From: Styela clava
Taxonomy: Eukaryota
NCBI RefSeq assembly: GCF_964204865.1
Contig: NC_135256.1
Location: 15,314,001 to 15,378,000, forward strand
DNA length: 64,000 nucleotides
Direction: 5' to 3'
The notes under the pieces were generated by a model. That model was not told the origin of the DNA. It saw nothing but the letters and a program-made list of their open reading frames with translations, and searched no databases. Shown piece by piece: positions 18,901 to 47,949 of the stretch (its first letter is position 1; every line of letters starts with the position of its first letter). The translations under genes were made by a program, and so were the position numbers.

Positions 18901-20121
18901 CAATTGAGGTGGCCACAAGCTGTATGATAAACAAAGTATATATGTTAGGTGCTTTGTGAGTGGAAATGAATTACAGCAAAATCAATTTTATATAAGTTTT
19001 GAAGTTTAAAGAAAATTTCATGGAAATTACAATCATACTGTCTAAAAGCTCTTTTTTTTCAAATATCTGATTTTTTTACCTTAGGATCTTTTACATTTCT
19101 CAAAGTCTCTGAAACTGATAAAAATAATTTCGTTTTTGTTTCATATTTGTAGGAGACCAAACTAAATTCTTATATGCATCCACCCGAGCAGCTGTGATAT
19201 TTCCACTTCGCAAAGCAAGAGATAAAAATTTCCTTCAGTTCATTGATTTTATTCATTCATGTTATTATGTAAATGGTGAGGGTCGAGTCTGAATGTGTGT
19301 GATGAGTTGTCCTTCCTGCTTGTTTTGTGCATGTTGTTTTGTCTTACTGTCTGATGCTATGAAAAGCCTGTGATAAATATTTGTTGGTCTAAGTAAATCT
19401 TTTTACCTATGCAGAGGCCATTTTGAAATTGGTAGATATTATTTCGGATAAATTATATAACCAATTCTCCATAAAACAAACTTCAAAAAGCTGTGATTAC
19501 ATTTTCATGTTGCCACAATAGTAAATATACGCTATTACACATTGTGTATTTAAAACTTGAACCAAAACCGGGTTAATGACCGAGGGTGGAAAAAATGTAT
19601 CTGCACCCTGGAAGCTTCTCTTGAATATATCTCTATGATTAAAATGCTCTTTTAGCTTAATTTTTATTCCATTCTTAGTATCTCAGATGTGTTCCTCGTT
19701 TCTGTATCATTCTCTTTGAGGTGTATAGGTGTTGAAATCTAATATCAGACCATTGTTTTTTTAATTTGTTCACCTTATATATTTTTAAATTTATATTGAT
19801 TCATCAGGGCTAGACAAAAGACAATCATGGACAAGTAGATGGTCAACAAGCTCAGCTGTAGAGATCAGCAGCAGTCCAGCACATTCACCACCTCCTTCAC
19901 CCAGGATATCATCAAGCAGGAATAGAGAAAACGTGAAAGAAAACGGAACTGTTCCGAACAGTGAGTCAAGAGGAAATAACAAAGATTCCGCGGCAACCAC
20001 AAGCGGAATTATTTTGGAAAAACTCGAAGAAATAGATAAACTCACTACAGCTTTGGCAAATCATGATGAGCATCTTCATAACACGGCAGTGCCTAAAGAA
20101 AATGGTATTGCAGGAAGGTGA
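9919..20121 (+). CDS. LMBR1: LMBR1-family (limb region 1) multipass membrane protein, ~588 aa
   Basis: Ten GT-AG exons (9919-10005, 10620-10753, 11795-11940, 13556-13773, 14600-14794, 15493-15699, 16247-16312, 17872-18109, 18544-18705, 19808-20121) sum to 1767 nt in frame. Motifs VRENII, YWVQWLNGALIH, LSNLSVFVLLPFSYFFTESEGF, KASAWERNLGYP and SSLPVLCRILG are present. Confidence 0.93.
14278..14440 (-). mobile_element. Degenerate tRNA-derived SINE (family 2)
   Basis: On the minus strand it has A-box-like tggcttagttg and B-box-like ggttcaatccc, and it is homologous to 44500-44660. Confidence 0.55.
17122..17626. mobile_element. hAT-like MITE in a LMBR1 intron
   Basis: TIRs cagcggttcccgaa / tttgggaactgctg, flanked by an 8-bp TSD tattagga / ttttagga (7/8 match). 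Confidence 0.75.
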
Positions 20122-22675
20122 CATCTCACATACCATGAAGCTGTCGAAGATTCAATCCCATCATATTTAACTGAAGCTATATATAAATACAAATGTATGT
20201 ATGTTCACTGTGCTCACAAAATAGATCACTTAGATACTGCAAAAATATTTTCAGAATTTGGTTTACTTCAGAACGTGATGCAACTCATTTTCATCTTCTT
20301 ACACTTAGTTTTATACCAATTTATTGATGGTTAAAGAAAAGTATGAAAGGCAAATGGGGAATCCGTTTCTAGGCATGTTTTGCACCATCATCTAATTTAT
20401 AATAATTGAAGCAATTTTTTATAATTTAGCCTGGTGTTAGTAGGTTTGTATATTCTACTCACCCACCATGACTGGTGAATTTTTAATGTAAAAATTGTCT
20501 CGAAACGTTTCATGCTTTTTTTTTTATTCATGTGCCTTCCATTCGATGTCGTTATTTATTGCTTGCAAATATAAATGCAAATAGCCGCCATTGCCATTTA
20601 CGGATTGATATATACTTTCGGTTACTTTAAATATCCCATATACAAGCATGAATTGTAGATTGTATGTATCCTTGACGAAAGAAATAGGAGATTGCAACTG
20701 CAATTTACTAGTTTATCTATGATTGTCTCTGGTTATCTACGATTTAAATCCATTCGCACACCTACTTACTATCTATTTCTGTAATATTTCGTTAACTTCT
20801 TCAGACCAAGCATATTTTAAATACTGCATGTTTGATGCATACAAATTCACATGCACTTGGGGATAAGTAGTCTTGCAGAAGCTAAGATGTATTATGCGCA
20901 TTTCAAAATAAACTTCATATCAATTTCTTGGGAACCCTACCAGTGTTGCTGTTGTTTTTGGGTTTTCTTTTATCGCAGTCTATGTTAATAATTTGGTTGT
21001 TGGGTTGCTTTGTTTTGTTGTATATTGCATTTTATAATCTACACTGTGCAGTTTCATTGTTTTCCATTCCCATTACATCTAGTTTTTTTCTGCATGGCCT
21101 ATATTATTTGTTAAAATTTTAATGTTATATATACTATTATGATATATCATACGAAAGCAGACAGGTACATTATATATATTTTCGTTTCTTTTTTCACAAA
21201 TAAGTTGGATTTCTATTACTTCAGATATGTGGTTATTGAATTACCATATTTCTAAACTTGAATTTGCCCGTTTTTTAATTGTATTGGGAAATGGCATATT
21301 AATACTATTTACCCTCTGGAAAAGCAAAAAGCCTGTATAAAAATATGATGAACTTTATATTGGAACTGTCACTGAAGCAGACAGAGAACACCAACCAAAC
21401 CACACTTTCAACACATAATCTTCAATAATTTGTATGTTTTCAATTACATTTGATTTCAACGATATATCTTGATGTTTTAATTGTGTTATGTCAGGATCAG
21501 TAGTGCTGATTAGTATATCAGTAATGTAACATCTAACTAATCTAGTGTATATGATAAGATTCCAGGCAAGTTTTTAGGATTGCTGTTCGCCTGCCGATTT
21601 GTTGTAATACTGAAACTTTTTTTGCCATAAGATACGATTATTTCAATACGTTCTTTTGCAATGCAGAAAACCCAAATTATGAACAAAACTTGTACCTAAA
21701 CAACAATTGCTGTCACTCACTGCGCAACTTTCTTTCTGATTTCCTTGCTTTTCAAAACTTCTACTTCCCTTTATCACTACTTTTCTCTGAAGCCATGACA
21801 AATGCAAAATAGGCAAGAAAACTCAAAAATATTCCCAACAAGTATTATCCGCTGTTGTTCTGTCTTGAACTGATGCTTGTTAAGTGGTTTGGGTAAGGTC
21901 GGGTGGCGTCATCTCACTTTACCGTGAACCACAATACTTTTTACTCTAATTTCTGGTTGACTGAGTTCTAGGTATCACTGTACATATGACACACTTTGCT
22001 GTGCTACATACGTCAACCTACATTAAGTTCTCGTGCTAGTGCGTTCTTCATAATAACCATCATAATATTGTGCTCCCAACAGGCCAACCAGGAAGCAAAG
22101 ATTCCTCCAATTATATTGGCAGGCATCTACTTGACTAACCTCATTGCAGCTTGTTTTATTCTATCTGCCTCTACATTTTACCTTCTCAGTCTGGAAAAGG
22201 ACATCGATGACCAATGATGTTATAAAAATGAAGTGCGCCCTAATCCGCTCAAGGGACATCACATGCTTTGCTGCCTCAAGATTACAGATCGTTACATTAT
22301 CTTATCTAATACAGATTGAAAGAAACATTAATTCACCTCCAGACCCCTCAGTATTTGTAACTATTTGCTTTCTTGGTTCCATGAGCACCTTAATCCTGAG
22401 CACTCGCTTGCTTGACACTTTGACAGACACAAAATTTACAGAAAAGTTATTTTCAAAGGTTCAACATGTGTAGAAAAATAGTTATTAAATGCTTAATCGA
22501 AACAAATCAAGAGGGAGCTGGTTCTAAACAGAATCATGCTCAATTTGATACTGGCAAGTAAAGAAAGAAGTATTGAAAAATAGGTTGCCTTGTGCAAATG
22601 AGAAGTATTAGATTTGTTTGAAACTTTATCAATGAATTTTATATTCTTTTCATATCACACGCAGACAATCCCAGG

Positions 22676-24027
22676 TCAGCCTATTGGTAATCGAGCATAA
22701 TTCTCCTTTCTTCGATCTGCTAGGTGGCGTTCGATTATCTTCTTGTATAAATCCCTTTTTAGTAGTTCATATGCCATGGAAAGCATTCTTCCTGCTGCTT
22801 TATTCAAATATCTGAACAATTAATTTATTTAGTTGAGATAACTATGAATTATGGTAACTGGTAGGAATTTTAGAACAGTTATCCAGATTAATTCAAACTA
22901 CTGTTGTAATATGGAATTATGAAAATGGCACAAACAATACAAAGCAATAAGATTTGCCAGGAATGAGAAGTCCTGAAATTCAAAACATATGCCAATGTTT
23001 AAACATCTTGTTTGCATCACTATGACGGCCTAAAAAGTCATACTGATAATTTGAACAAAGCATATTTTATTTACATTGTATAAAATTTGTTCAAAGTTTA
23101 TATTTAGTTGAACAGAAAAATGTATTCAATATACCTTGACCCATAGCAGAACATATTGATACCCAATTCGAGACCCATCCCAAAATCACATTCATCATTG
23201 GCCAGTTGTACATTAGTCATCGTAAGCTGCATGACTTCAAATGCATCCATTCTTGCATCATCGTTAACTGCTTGATCAATATTTTTGAACATTCGTCTGA
23301 GTGTGCCAGTAGATTCTTGAACAGGTCTATAACCAACCTCGTTTTCATCAATTGGAACGACTATACCAGCCTTATGAAAAGTATAATCTACAATGTGTTT
23401 TCGTCGTTCATTTACATTGTCTGCTGCTTTTAAATCTATATTATAAGCGTCTACATACTCTTTAAACTTTGAGGAAAAATTTTGTAAGGCTGATTTTTGT
23501 TTGCCTTTAGCAGAAGATAGTTTTAGTTGTAGCTCATTGTTAATAGCGCAGAAAATGTTGTCCCCTATGATGTCAATTTCACAATCGTTGCCACTATTTG
23601 ACACAACAATACATTCTTTGTCATTTGGATCATCTCTTAGGTAACCAATGTGATAAGGATTTTCTTTAGTGTCATCTGAGATAATTAAAGTCATCAGCTC
23701 AGGAGGGTCATAGAAAAATCTCCAATGAAGATAAAAATTCACTACAGAGTTGGATGCATCTGGTTTAATTGTTTTTGCTAGAACCTCGAATGGACCTACT
23801 AATCGAAGTCCAAGTGATGATAACGCTTCCAATGGCTTGGCCTTGTTTATTTGACAACACAACTCCCATAGTTGATGTAAATCTGCAGGGAACGTTACAT
23901 TGTATGCATCCTTCAATAACTCAGTATTTTCGGTGTCAATCTTAAGTGATTTCTTTATTTGTTCTTTTTTTGAGACTTTCGGCTTCTGTTTTGTTTCAGC
24001 CTGCTTTTGACGCTTTTTGGGTGGCAT
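22676..24027 (-). CDS. HPF1: Histone PARylation factor 1, ~342 aa
   Basis: Exons 24027-23135 and 22811-22676 total 1029 nt. Motifs LGLRLVGPFEVL, LHWRFFYDPPE, HIGYLRDDP, TFHKAGIVVP, VGYRP, ANDECDFGMGLELG (catalytic Glu region) and AYELLKRDLYKKIIERHL are present. Confidence 0.95.
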
Positions 24028-24959
24028 TCCCGGCTATTATAGAACTATGAATCTAAATTACATGAGACTGTGAGAGGAGCATATAGGAATTTTATCCTGA
24101 AGTACACTTCGCTCGAGTCTTAATAAATGCTAAAATATTAACTTTAAATAGCATTTTGTCAAAAGTGAGACAGATTATAAAAGACACATTTAATCGAAAG
24201 AGTCAAAAAATTAGAAGCTTTCAGCTGTCGAATTTCAGAATTTAGTTGGCTTATCTCACCAGTCTACTGTCAGACAAAACTGCAAAAAGAGAATTTATGA
24301 CCAAAGTTTTTTTCTAATAACTTCAGCTAAATTCTCGCACCAATCAGCAACTACTAACGCAAAAATCCCACTATGATTCTTTACAGTTTTGGTTGCTCTT
24401 GGCACTTTAGTAATTTCGTTCCGAGATCAGCTTCATTTATTTCCGTGTGAGTGCATATAACGTTTCAAGGCTGAAAGGTGACATATTTCTATCAATTATC
24501 TGATTTATTTTATCATCAATGCAACCATAGGTTGTATTAAATGGAAAACAAAACAAAAATATTAAAATGACAACAGAAACAAGAACTGTCGTTGGTCAAG
24601 TTCGATAAAAGTCTGAAAGTTCTGAAGTTATTGCTGAAACGTCACAATTTTAGTCTGATTTACCGAATATGAGAGGTTTAAAATACGACTCGTGTCCAAT
24701 ATCAGCAAAAATAAACTATCTATTACCCTAAAACACAAGCTAATCATTACGTAAAAATATTACCGCTACTATTACAGAGATATGAGGAAAGAAAAAAAGC
24801 TACGGCAAATGAGAATAACGAGCAAACCTGACCCACAGGGCTAAATACGCGCGCTTTCTCACATATTTACCTTCTCTCTTTCGCGGCCGAAGCGACTCAG
24901 CTGATAGATTTTTTCCTAAACTGTCCATCGTCATTCTCTCATTTATCCTTCGGTCACGT

Positions 24960-25085
24960 TTCATCAGCCAATCACAAGCTACTGTTGTCACAAAAATTGG
25001 TTAATGACGTCATCACTCAGAAGAAAGCCCCGCCTCTTCAACAAGTAATATAAAAGCAGCAACACGCCGTCGACAATCAGAAGCC
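24960..25085 (+). promoter_or_regulatory. RPB1 core promoter, possibly shared with divergent HPF1
   Basis: CCAAT 24968-24972, reverse CCAAT (ATTGG) 24996-25000, CRE TGACGTCA 25005-25012, GC-box-like CCCGCC ~25029-25034, TATAAAAG 25049-25056 and Inr-like TCAG ~25077-25080, all within a CpG-rich island. Confidence 0.6.
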
Positions 25086-25374
25086 CTCGTGGTGTACCGT
25101 CGGCGACGTCTCTCTGGAAAGCCTCTCCGCGTCAGTGCTGTTTATGACATTTGCACTTACTTACGTCAGTAAATTAGTGTTAATTGTCTTTTGAGGTTGT
25201 TTTATACCAGGAGGACGAATAACGAGACTTTCCGATTGATTTTTGCCAGAATAGATTTAAAATTGGTGTATGATCCAGTATTGAGCATAAACACGAAAGG
25301 TGTCGGCGCGTCACTTCGACCGGCGGCAAATTTAAAAACGTTGTTTGTCCATTTGCAAAACACAACTGAGAAAG

Positions 25375-40974
<15,600 letters not shown>

Positions 40975-41588
40975 GAAAATTGTGACTAAACTGTGCAATC
41001 GTTCAATGACGAAACTTGAGATATATGGCAAAAACTGTCTTTACTTTGTTTACAAGGACTGCAGTAGTGCCTTAGCTACATCTTATTTGTTTGTTTTTCT
41101 TTGTCAAAAAATTTTAAAAAAGCATTATTACCAAAAAAAAGTAATGCATAATCGTGACAGTTTTGTTTCTGAAACAGCTTTTGGGTATTGAGTACAATCA
41201 AGCTTTTGCTGTAGTACATGGAAAACATTTATTTATTTGTGTGCTATTTTTGTTATTATTTCTCTTGTGGTAAAGTTTCTCTCAAAAGCCTGAGTTTGTG
41301 TGATGCATTCCTTAGATGTGCTTCTCATGTACAATATGCTTTGTTCGTATCTTACCCTGACGCCACATGATTGCAAAAAAATAAAAGCTTATTCCATCAA
41401 AACTTATGTCTGGTATGTTGAGTTTGTTTCACAAAAACTTATTCAGCACAACCTTGAATCATGGGTCATCTGAAACTCGAGTTGATTCAGGCTCACTGGC
41501 AGTTAATTGATTAGGGTTATGAATCCAAGTCCAAATGCAGTCTGGTCAATGACAAGCCCTAAAAGATTCATTCTGTGTTAAACGAATA

Positions 41589-41801
41589 CTCCCGAGGTAT
41601 GTGAACCAAGATGGCGAACATCTAAACGTAGTCTGCGACCAGGTTAGGTTTAGGCCATAATTCACGTACAAAAACTACAGGAGTCACCTGATTAGTCCCC
41701 GAACTCATAATAGAACTGAAAATTGGGAATAAAATTACGGCCTTAACTGGTACACATACTATGTTCCGGTGTCTGCCATCTTGGTTCACATACTTCGGGA
41801 G
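41589..41801. mobile_element. TA-flanked MITE; second copy at 61851-62068
   Basis: TIRs ctcccgaggtatgtgaaccaagatggc / gccatcttggttcacatacttcgggag, with TA on both sides. The internal ccccgaactc.taatagaact.aa is shared with the 61851 copy. Confidence 0.8.
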
Positions 41802-42563
41802 TACCCTAAACGTTCTTGCAGCAAGTGAGTGAAGCTTGACTTTTTTCTTGGCTCAATTGACTTTTTGTTAGCTGTACCAAAATAGGGATCATGGGATACA
41901 GTATCTGACCACATTCTTATGTCAAGCCTTGTGATAGCATGCTGTTTCATAGTGGTAAATCAGCTGCCTGTCCCCTTGTTTTTGGAGTACAGTCTCTCAT
42001 TGTATCACGCCTTCAAATAGAATAAGTCTACCCAAAACATTCGTGGATGTACTGACTATTGGTTGCCAATGCAAAACAAAATCAACGCCATTTCATCTAA
42101 AGCGAAGCAATATGCATAAACTTTCCCGGTGTTGCGCGAAACTGTTCACATTGAAATAACCTGATGAAAACTAATCAATCTGCCTGATCACTCTCTCAGA
42201 TAAGAAATAATACAAGTCCATTAGTGATATTCTTTTGAATTTGAGAGCATGATGGGAAACAAATAACTTAATCACACGAAACGACTGTTTGGAACCAACA
42301 CGGATACCGACACCGGTTGGTAGCAGTTGTGCCAGGATTTGTGCAGCTGACGATACTACACCCCACATTACAATCAATTATTTCTTCACATACTTTTATT
42401 AATCCACAATTCTGAAACAAATCACAACCATAGTACATAAGAAATAATCACAATTAGAAATATAATCCAGCTTCCATAACACACAAAGTACTCTTTGATT
42501 TTCAAACAAGAAATTTCATTTGCACTGAGACCACAGTTGGTAGTCTCCTTTGATAGTATATAT

Positions 42564-43315
42564 CAGGGGTGGCCAACACGTCGATCACGATCGACCTTCA
42601 CGTTTCGAGTGGTCGATCGCGTCTATTGTTGGTAAATTTAACAACATACCCCCAAAATTTCCTGAAGCAGTTTCATGCAGCGCCTGTTGTGTGTTTTAAA
42701 ACAACGAATACAGTACTGTACATGTGCAAAAATAATCATACAGTATTTGAGTCTGGACAAGCCCCATTTACATGTTATTACGTAAAAATGCAAGTTTCGC
42801 CGCTACCAAGTTTAAATTGAACTTGCCGAATATTGTGTGTTTTAGTTGATAAATGTGCAGTGAGTTGAATTATTGTAATTTAGATGCTGAAAATCGAGCA
42901 GTAGTGTTTCATTGATGGTTTTCGAAAATTTATTTTTCTTTATTTGTAGAGTACGCTAATACTTTTTTGAGAAATTTACGACAATCGGGGCTAGAAAAAG
43001 GCATGTGTTAGGTCTGAATTGTATGATTTGAATAAATGAATGATGAAACATTTACGCCGGCTACTATTACATAATCAAATTAACAAATTAAATGGAACAT
43101 GAACAATACAAATTTTTGTGGCGTTTTAATTGTGAATGTGCCCACAGAGCTGAGCTTATTGGCAGTGCTGTATTTTTTTGTATGCGTGTTTGCAATAATC
43201 TATGCATAATCAGTACCCATTCGTTTTTGTATATGACCTTATTACCAATCAGTCGATCGCAAGCTATTTTGAAGATTTTAGTTGATCGCGGACGAAAGTA
43301 GGTTGGCCACCCCTG
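42564..43315. mobile_element. hAT non-autonomous element (752 bp) just downstream of the GPN2 stop
   Basis: Perfect 14-bp TIRs caggggtggccaac / gttggccacccctg, perfect 8-bp TSD gtatatat (42556-42563 and 43316-43323), and subterminal gtcgatcgc motifs. Confidence 0.92.
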
Positions 43316-43348
43316 GTATATATTATGCATCAGACAAAGACCACCATT

Positions 43349-45157
43349 TCATCCCTTATCAGAGTTTAGGTATTTCTCATGTGTAGATGCAGATTTAAAG
43401 AATTCAAACTCAGCACCAACAGCAGTAGAGAGCAATTTTTGAATATTTCTTTCTTCAACTGTCCCAAAACAATATCCGTTTGCTTTATCTGCTTGTCGGA
43501 TGACGTTCAACATACTTTCTTTGTCTTGGACATTCAAGGGCACAAAACTAACAAGACTGTAATCTTCAACAACTCCAATTAATTTTCTAAAAGAATTCGT
43601 ACACAAGATAATATATTATCATTGCAATAAAGAATAGTAACGGAGCATTACCATGTCCAGTAAATCACAGTATGTTACCCGCATCTCCTGCAAGAGATAA
43701 TCAAGGGTTTGATAAATAAAGTGTTTGGAACGCTTGAAACAATAAGACATACATGGGAGCCCTTCAATGTTATGGATTACCATATATTTAATCATAACTC
43801 TAATATGCTTAATAACTCACTCATTCAGTTTCTTGTGTTTCTTCCAAAATGGATCATCACTCTCAACTGACAATAATTTTTCAAGATCAAGAACTTCCGT
43901 GTAATAATCCAAGTGGAATGCAAATCTAAAACAAATGATAACTTGATAACAAGAATTAACAATCAAATTTTTTTAGTACTTCCAACTCTATGAATAAAAT
44001 AGCTTGTTTCATTACAAAACCATACAACAGAAGTTCATTCCCAAACTATAAGAAATCACCATATAAAAATACAGATATTCGCATTATTAAGTCTTCAGTA
44101 GGACAGGGATTAACTCAAATTTGCTGCCTATTTCAAAGAGGTCATTCTGACAAAACATTACACTTGAACACCATTTGCGATCATAGTTTTATAGAGTAAT
44201 TTCACATACTTTCCGTATTGTTCTGCAACATCCATCTTCGATAGAACATTGATATGTGGAAGGTTGATATGTAGCATAGTAGCTAATGAAGTCAATAAAA
44301 CAGATATAAATTTGCTTCCATCAGAACAATAATGAGAATCTACTAAGTGAATGGCAGTGAGACGAAGATCTTGTTCTTTGCTGGTTAGTTTTTCAATCAC
44401 ATTTCTCAATGATGAATGATGTGTATATAACTCGACCTGTCCAGGACAGTCAAACACAATATATCTGAACAATAAAGGTTTGCTCATTAAAAATATTTAA
44501 TGGCCTATTGGTTAAAGCGTTAGACCTAATTTAACTATGATGACATTGCCGGTTTAAATCCCATGCCCACCATCTTGCCCAGGATGCAATGAATTAAGAT
44601 TTCGGTTCTTCTTAACTATAATAGCTCCATATTAAGAGTGGCTACTTGTCTAGAGCCTTGTTCATTTTAAATTTTGATTTGAGTTATAGCAATTCAATAT
44701 AAGCTTGAACAATTGTTACTGCTGACTCAAGCATATACTGTTTGATTGCTGTAGATGTTATGCTCTTTATTCACGGTAAATTAAAACATGTCAAACACAC
44801 ATAATACCAACCCTAAATCAGGTTATCATAATTCAAAATGAAAACATACTTTCCAGAATGCTGTTTTAATTTTTCAATGAGCCAGTCCATATTAGCTTCA
44901 AGATATTCCATACAATAGAGAAGTCCACCATTTGGTCCGAGTTGTAAATTTTCCATTACATCCTCTAATGTAATTAATTCTTCAATATTAATATCACATT
45001 GATAAGGAATATTCTCATTTGCTGGATCAAGGTTTACAATACAACATGGGCGTTTCAATGCACCAAGAAACTGCTGCATCCCATGACAATATGTTGTCTT
45101 GCCACTTCCTGGTGGCCCAATCACAATTTGTCCGAAACTTGTTCTCGCCTGTGACAT
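43349..45157 (-). CDS. GPN2: GPN-loop GTPase 2, ~301 aa
   Basis: Exons 45157-44850, 44464-44210, 43925-43821 and 43586-43349 total 906 nt. Motifs [72 protein letters not shown] and DKANGYCFG are GPN2-type. Confidence 0.95.
44500..44660 (+). mobile_element. Degenerate tRNA-derived SINE (family 2) in GPN2 intron 1
   Basis: A-box-like tggcctattggttaaagcg and B-box-like ggtttaaatccc; homologous to 14278-14440. Confidence 0.55.
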
Positions 45158-45209
45158 CACAATTTTCTATTTTAAGCAGTTTTTTTTCACAATAATACAA
45201 ATAAAATTT

Positions 45210-46089
45210 TTAATCTCGTCCTTTTGCGTCTCCGTGCAAAACTTTTCCTCTGTGCTCAAAGATGTAAAATGATGGTCTATTTCCGACTGTTTCAAATGAT
45301 TTGCTCTTTGTTTCTGCGTTAACTTGTATATTTTTGAATTCACCAGCAGCTAGTAAAACACCCCAAGATGCCAAAAACAAACCGAATATTGTTTGTACAG
45401 TGATCTGCAAAAAATACCATGGTAATTTTATGAATAGTATTTGAAAATAATCCCATTATTATTGTATGCGTTAACTTTATCAAACTATTTGTTTGCAAAG
45501 TTATTTTTAACATACCGTACTTCTATTCGAGATACAAACCCTGAATGCCGAAAGTACACAAACCCCTTACAACCATTTTACAGCAATTTGTACAATGTCA
45601 GAATGCTGGATTGTGTATCTGATTATACTTACATCAATCGGAAGTGAGTGAAGTTCCTGTTGTGTCAATCGTACAAAGGATCTATCTGTAAACGTAAAAA
45701 TACTTGTTAAAAGCTAGCCCAAGATGTTGCCTATAATACTCAATTATCAACATCATTACCAGTACCGGTATCAGATGACAGGCTGCTGCAAAGTTAAAGT
45801 CATTTATATTTCACACACTATTATAGAGCTATTATTATAGGTACTATTATAGGTACCGGTATCAATATAAAGCATTGAGAAAATCTTGTAATTCAAAACG
45901 ACAAACTTCAAAATAAACCAGTCCCTGTACCGGTACTGCACCTGCAGACCTGTAAACGAAACTTATAAACACATTGAATTAAGGCTACATAAAGCAGTCA
46001 GGCTACTTACGTTGCGCAGCAGATATTCCACCATGAATCACGAAAGCAAAACCTATAAACAACAACACGTTCCTCAAAGTTTTTGCCAT
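45210..46089 (-). CDS. MMGT1: ER membrane complex subunit 5 / membrane magnesium transporter 1, ~108 aa
   Basis: Exons 46089-46011, 45685-45633 and 45404-45210 total 327 nt: MAKTLRNVLLFIGFAFVIHGGISAAQHRSFVRLTQQELHSLPIDITVQT...GEFKNI...FETVGNRPSFYIFEHRGKVL. This matches the EMC5 signature (SAAQHR, LPID, NRPSFY.F.HRG). Confidence 0.93.
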
Positions 46090-46972
46090 TACAACTCCAT
46101 AAAACACGAATTCGTAAGCAAGGAAACACTGAGCAACTACCCAACAAGGCCGAACTCCACTATGGCGAACACCTGCTTTCACTGTTTATTGAAAAAAGTG
46201 AACGGAGTCGAATATTACGCACTTTTTATTATTATTATCAAATTCAGTAAATAGATTTTCTTCAACCCGGGAACTTTTTTATATTTTATCATTGTGATTT
46301 GTGATATATCGAAGTTTATTTGAATAATGTTTTAGCAAGAATACGTATGTAAACTTGATATTTTGTTAATTATGATAATATTCAAGCAGCTTTTATTAAA
46401 AATGACTGACATATGGTATGATTTTAGCTTGAACTTTTTTAGCTTTTTAGAGCAGTTTTCCGATGGTTGATTATTTTGACATCGGACTCTTTGTATCACC
46501 AATATGCCAACAGTGACGTAACAATTAAAATTTAGCTCCGACTCGTACACTTTATCTTCAGACAGATTTTTACGCATGGTGAAATTATCGCCCGGATAGA
46601 GGTATTTTTATTACTTTCCATTCGTATAATAATATTTTGTTTAGTGTATGGTAATTCAACGAACTCAAGTATTAGCCAGAATTTTTTAAACTTTAAAGTT
46701 TTGTCGGATTTATTGTCTTTATCGCCGCTTGTTTTTTTGTTTGAACTGTCTAATTGAATTTTACGTAATGTCGATTACTGGAAATAAAATGAAGCAACCT
46801 ATCCACGGGCCAAGAAAAAAAGCACAGCTCCGTCCATTCCAGTAATACTCACCAGCATCATCCATTTTCTTGATGAAAAATATGTCATGACATTTGTGCT
46901 TTTAACGACAAGCATGATGCGCAACCGCGAAGCCTTGTCGAACATTAATCTTTTTAGTTACATATACTTGTA

Positions 46973-47915
46973 CAGTATGTTCCCCAGCTTTTCATTTTAG
47001 GGGGGGTGTTTCGAAATTTCGGGGGTGGTAAATCATTTGCTATTAGAGATAAAACTATTTGTATTCTCAAAAAGTTGGTATGTATTTAAGAAACGATGTA
47101 CCTAAGGGGGTCCCCCAAGTTGATTGCCGGCGAGCCAAAATACACAGCAGCAGAAAATTATAGAGCCAGAAAAGGGGAGCGAGGAAAATGTGCGACGACA
47201 CGGCTGGGGTTCAGGGCGCGCTTAAGCGCCCTGAGAAAATTTTGAGAAATAGGCACCAAAATAGGCTCTAAGCTTAGTTTTAGATACACCTAGCATCGCA
47301 GTTTTTTATGCAATGAAATCAATAATTATCATTATAATATTTAGCTGATAGAATTTCCGATAAATAAATAACAAGCTTGGCTTTCAGCAAGTAATTTGCA
47401 ACTGATAGTGACTAATGAAGTTACTTGCTCATCTAGCATATGGCATCGCATGAATGGCTACTTATGGCTTGGGGTAACACATTTCACATATTTTTGAACA
47501 TGTTTGTTTGACTTTTGTATGAATTAAATTTTGAAATGCGTGCGTCAACTGATCATAATGGCGCATAATGTTGTATTCCTTCTGAACCGAAATATTTTGT
47601 TGGCAAGGAAGACAAATCGCTGAAGTTTGATTCTTTCCAATAAAGAAATGAAAACGACGCCTTTCATCTAAAAAGTATCTGTTTTCGGTGCCTAGTTTTC
47701 GTTTTGTGACATCTTCAAGCTTTCTTAATATAAGGCTGGTTTAGGACTATTTCACTCAAGTTCGGCGGGCCATTTTAAATTGTTACGCGGGTCGTAATTG
47801 GCCCACAGACTGCGATTTGGAACCCTCAACTACACTGATAAATATGCCATTGTCGTTATATATAAATACAATTATACTTGAGTTAGGATTTACGGTGTGG
47901 AATCAAACCTCAAAA

Positions 47916-47949
<34 letters not shown>

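Noticed and set aside
19299-19354. Possible intronic C/D snoRNA (GTGATGA...CTGA)
   Set aside because: Weak terminal stem, no recognisable rRNA or snRNA guide, and such boxes occur often by chance.
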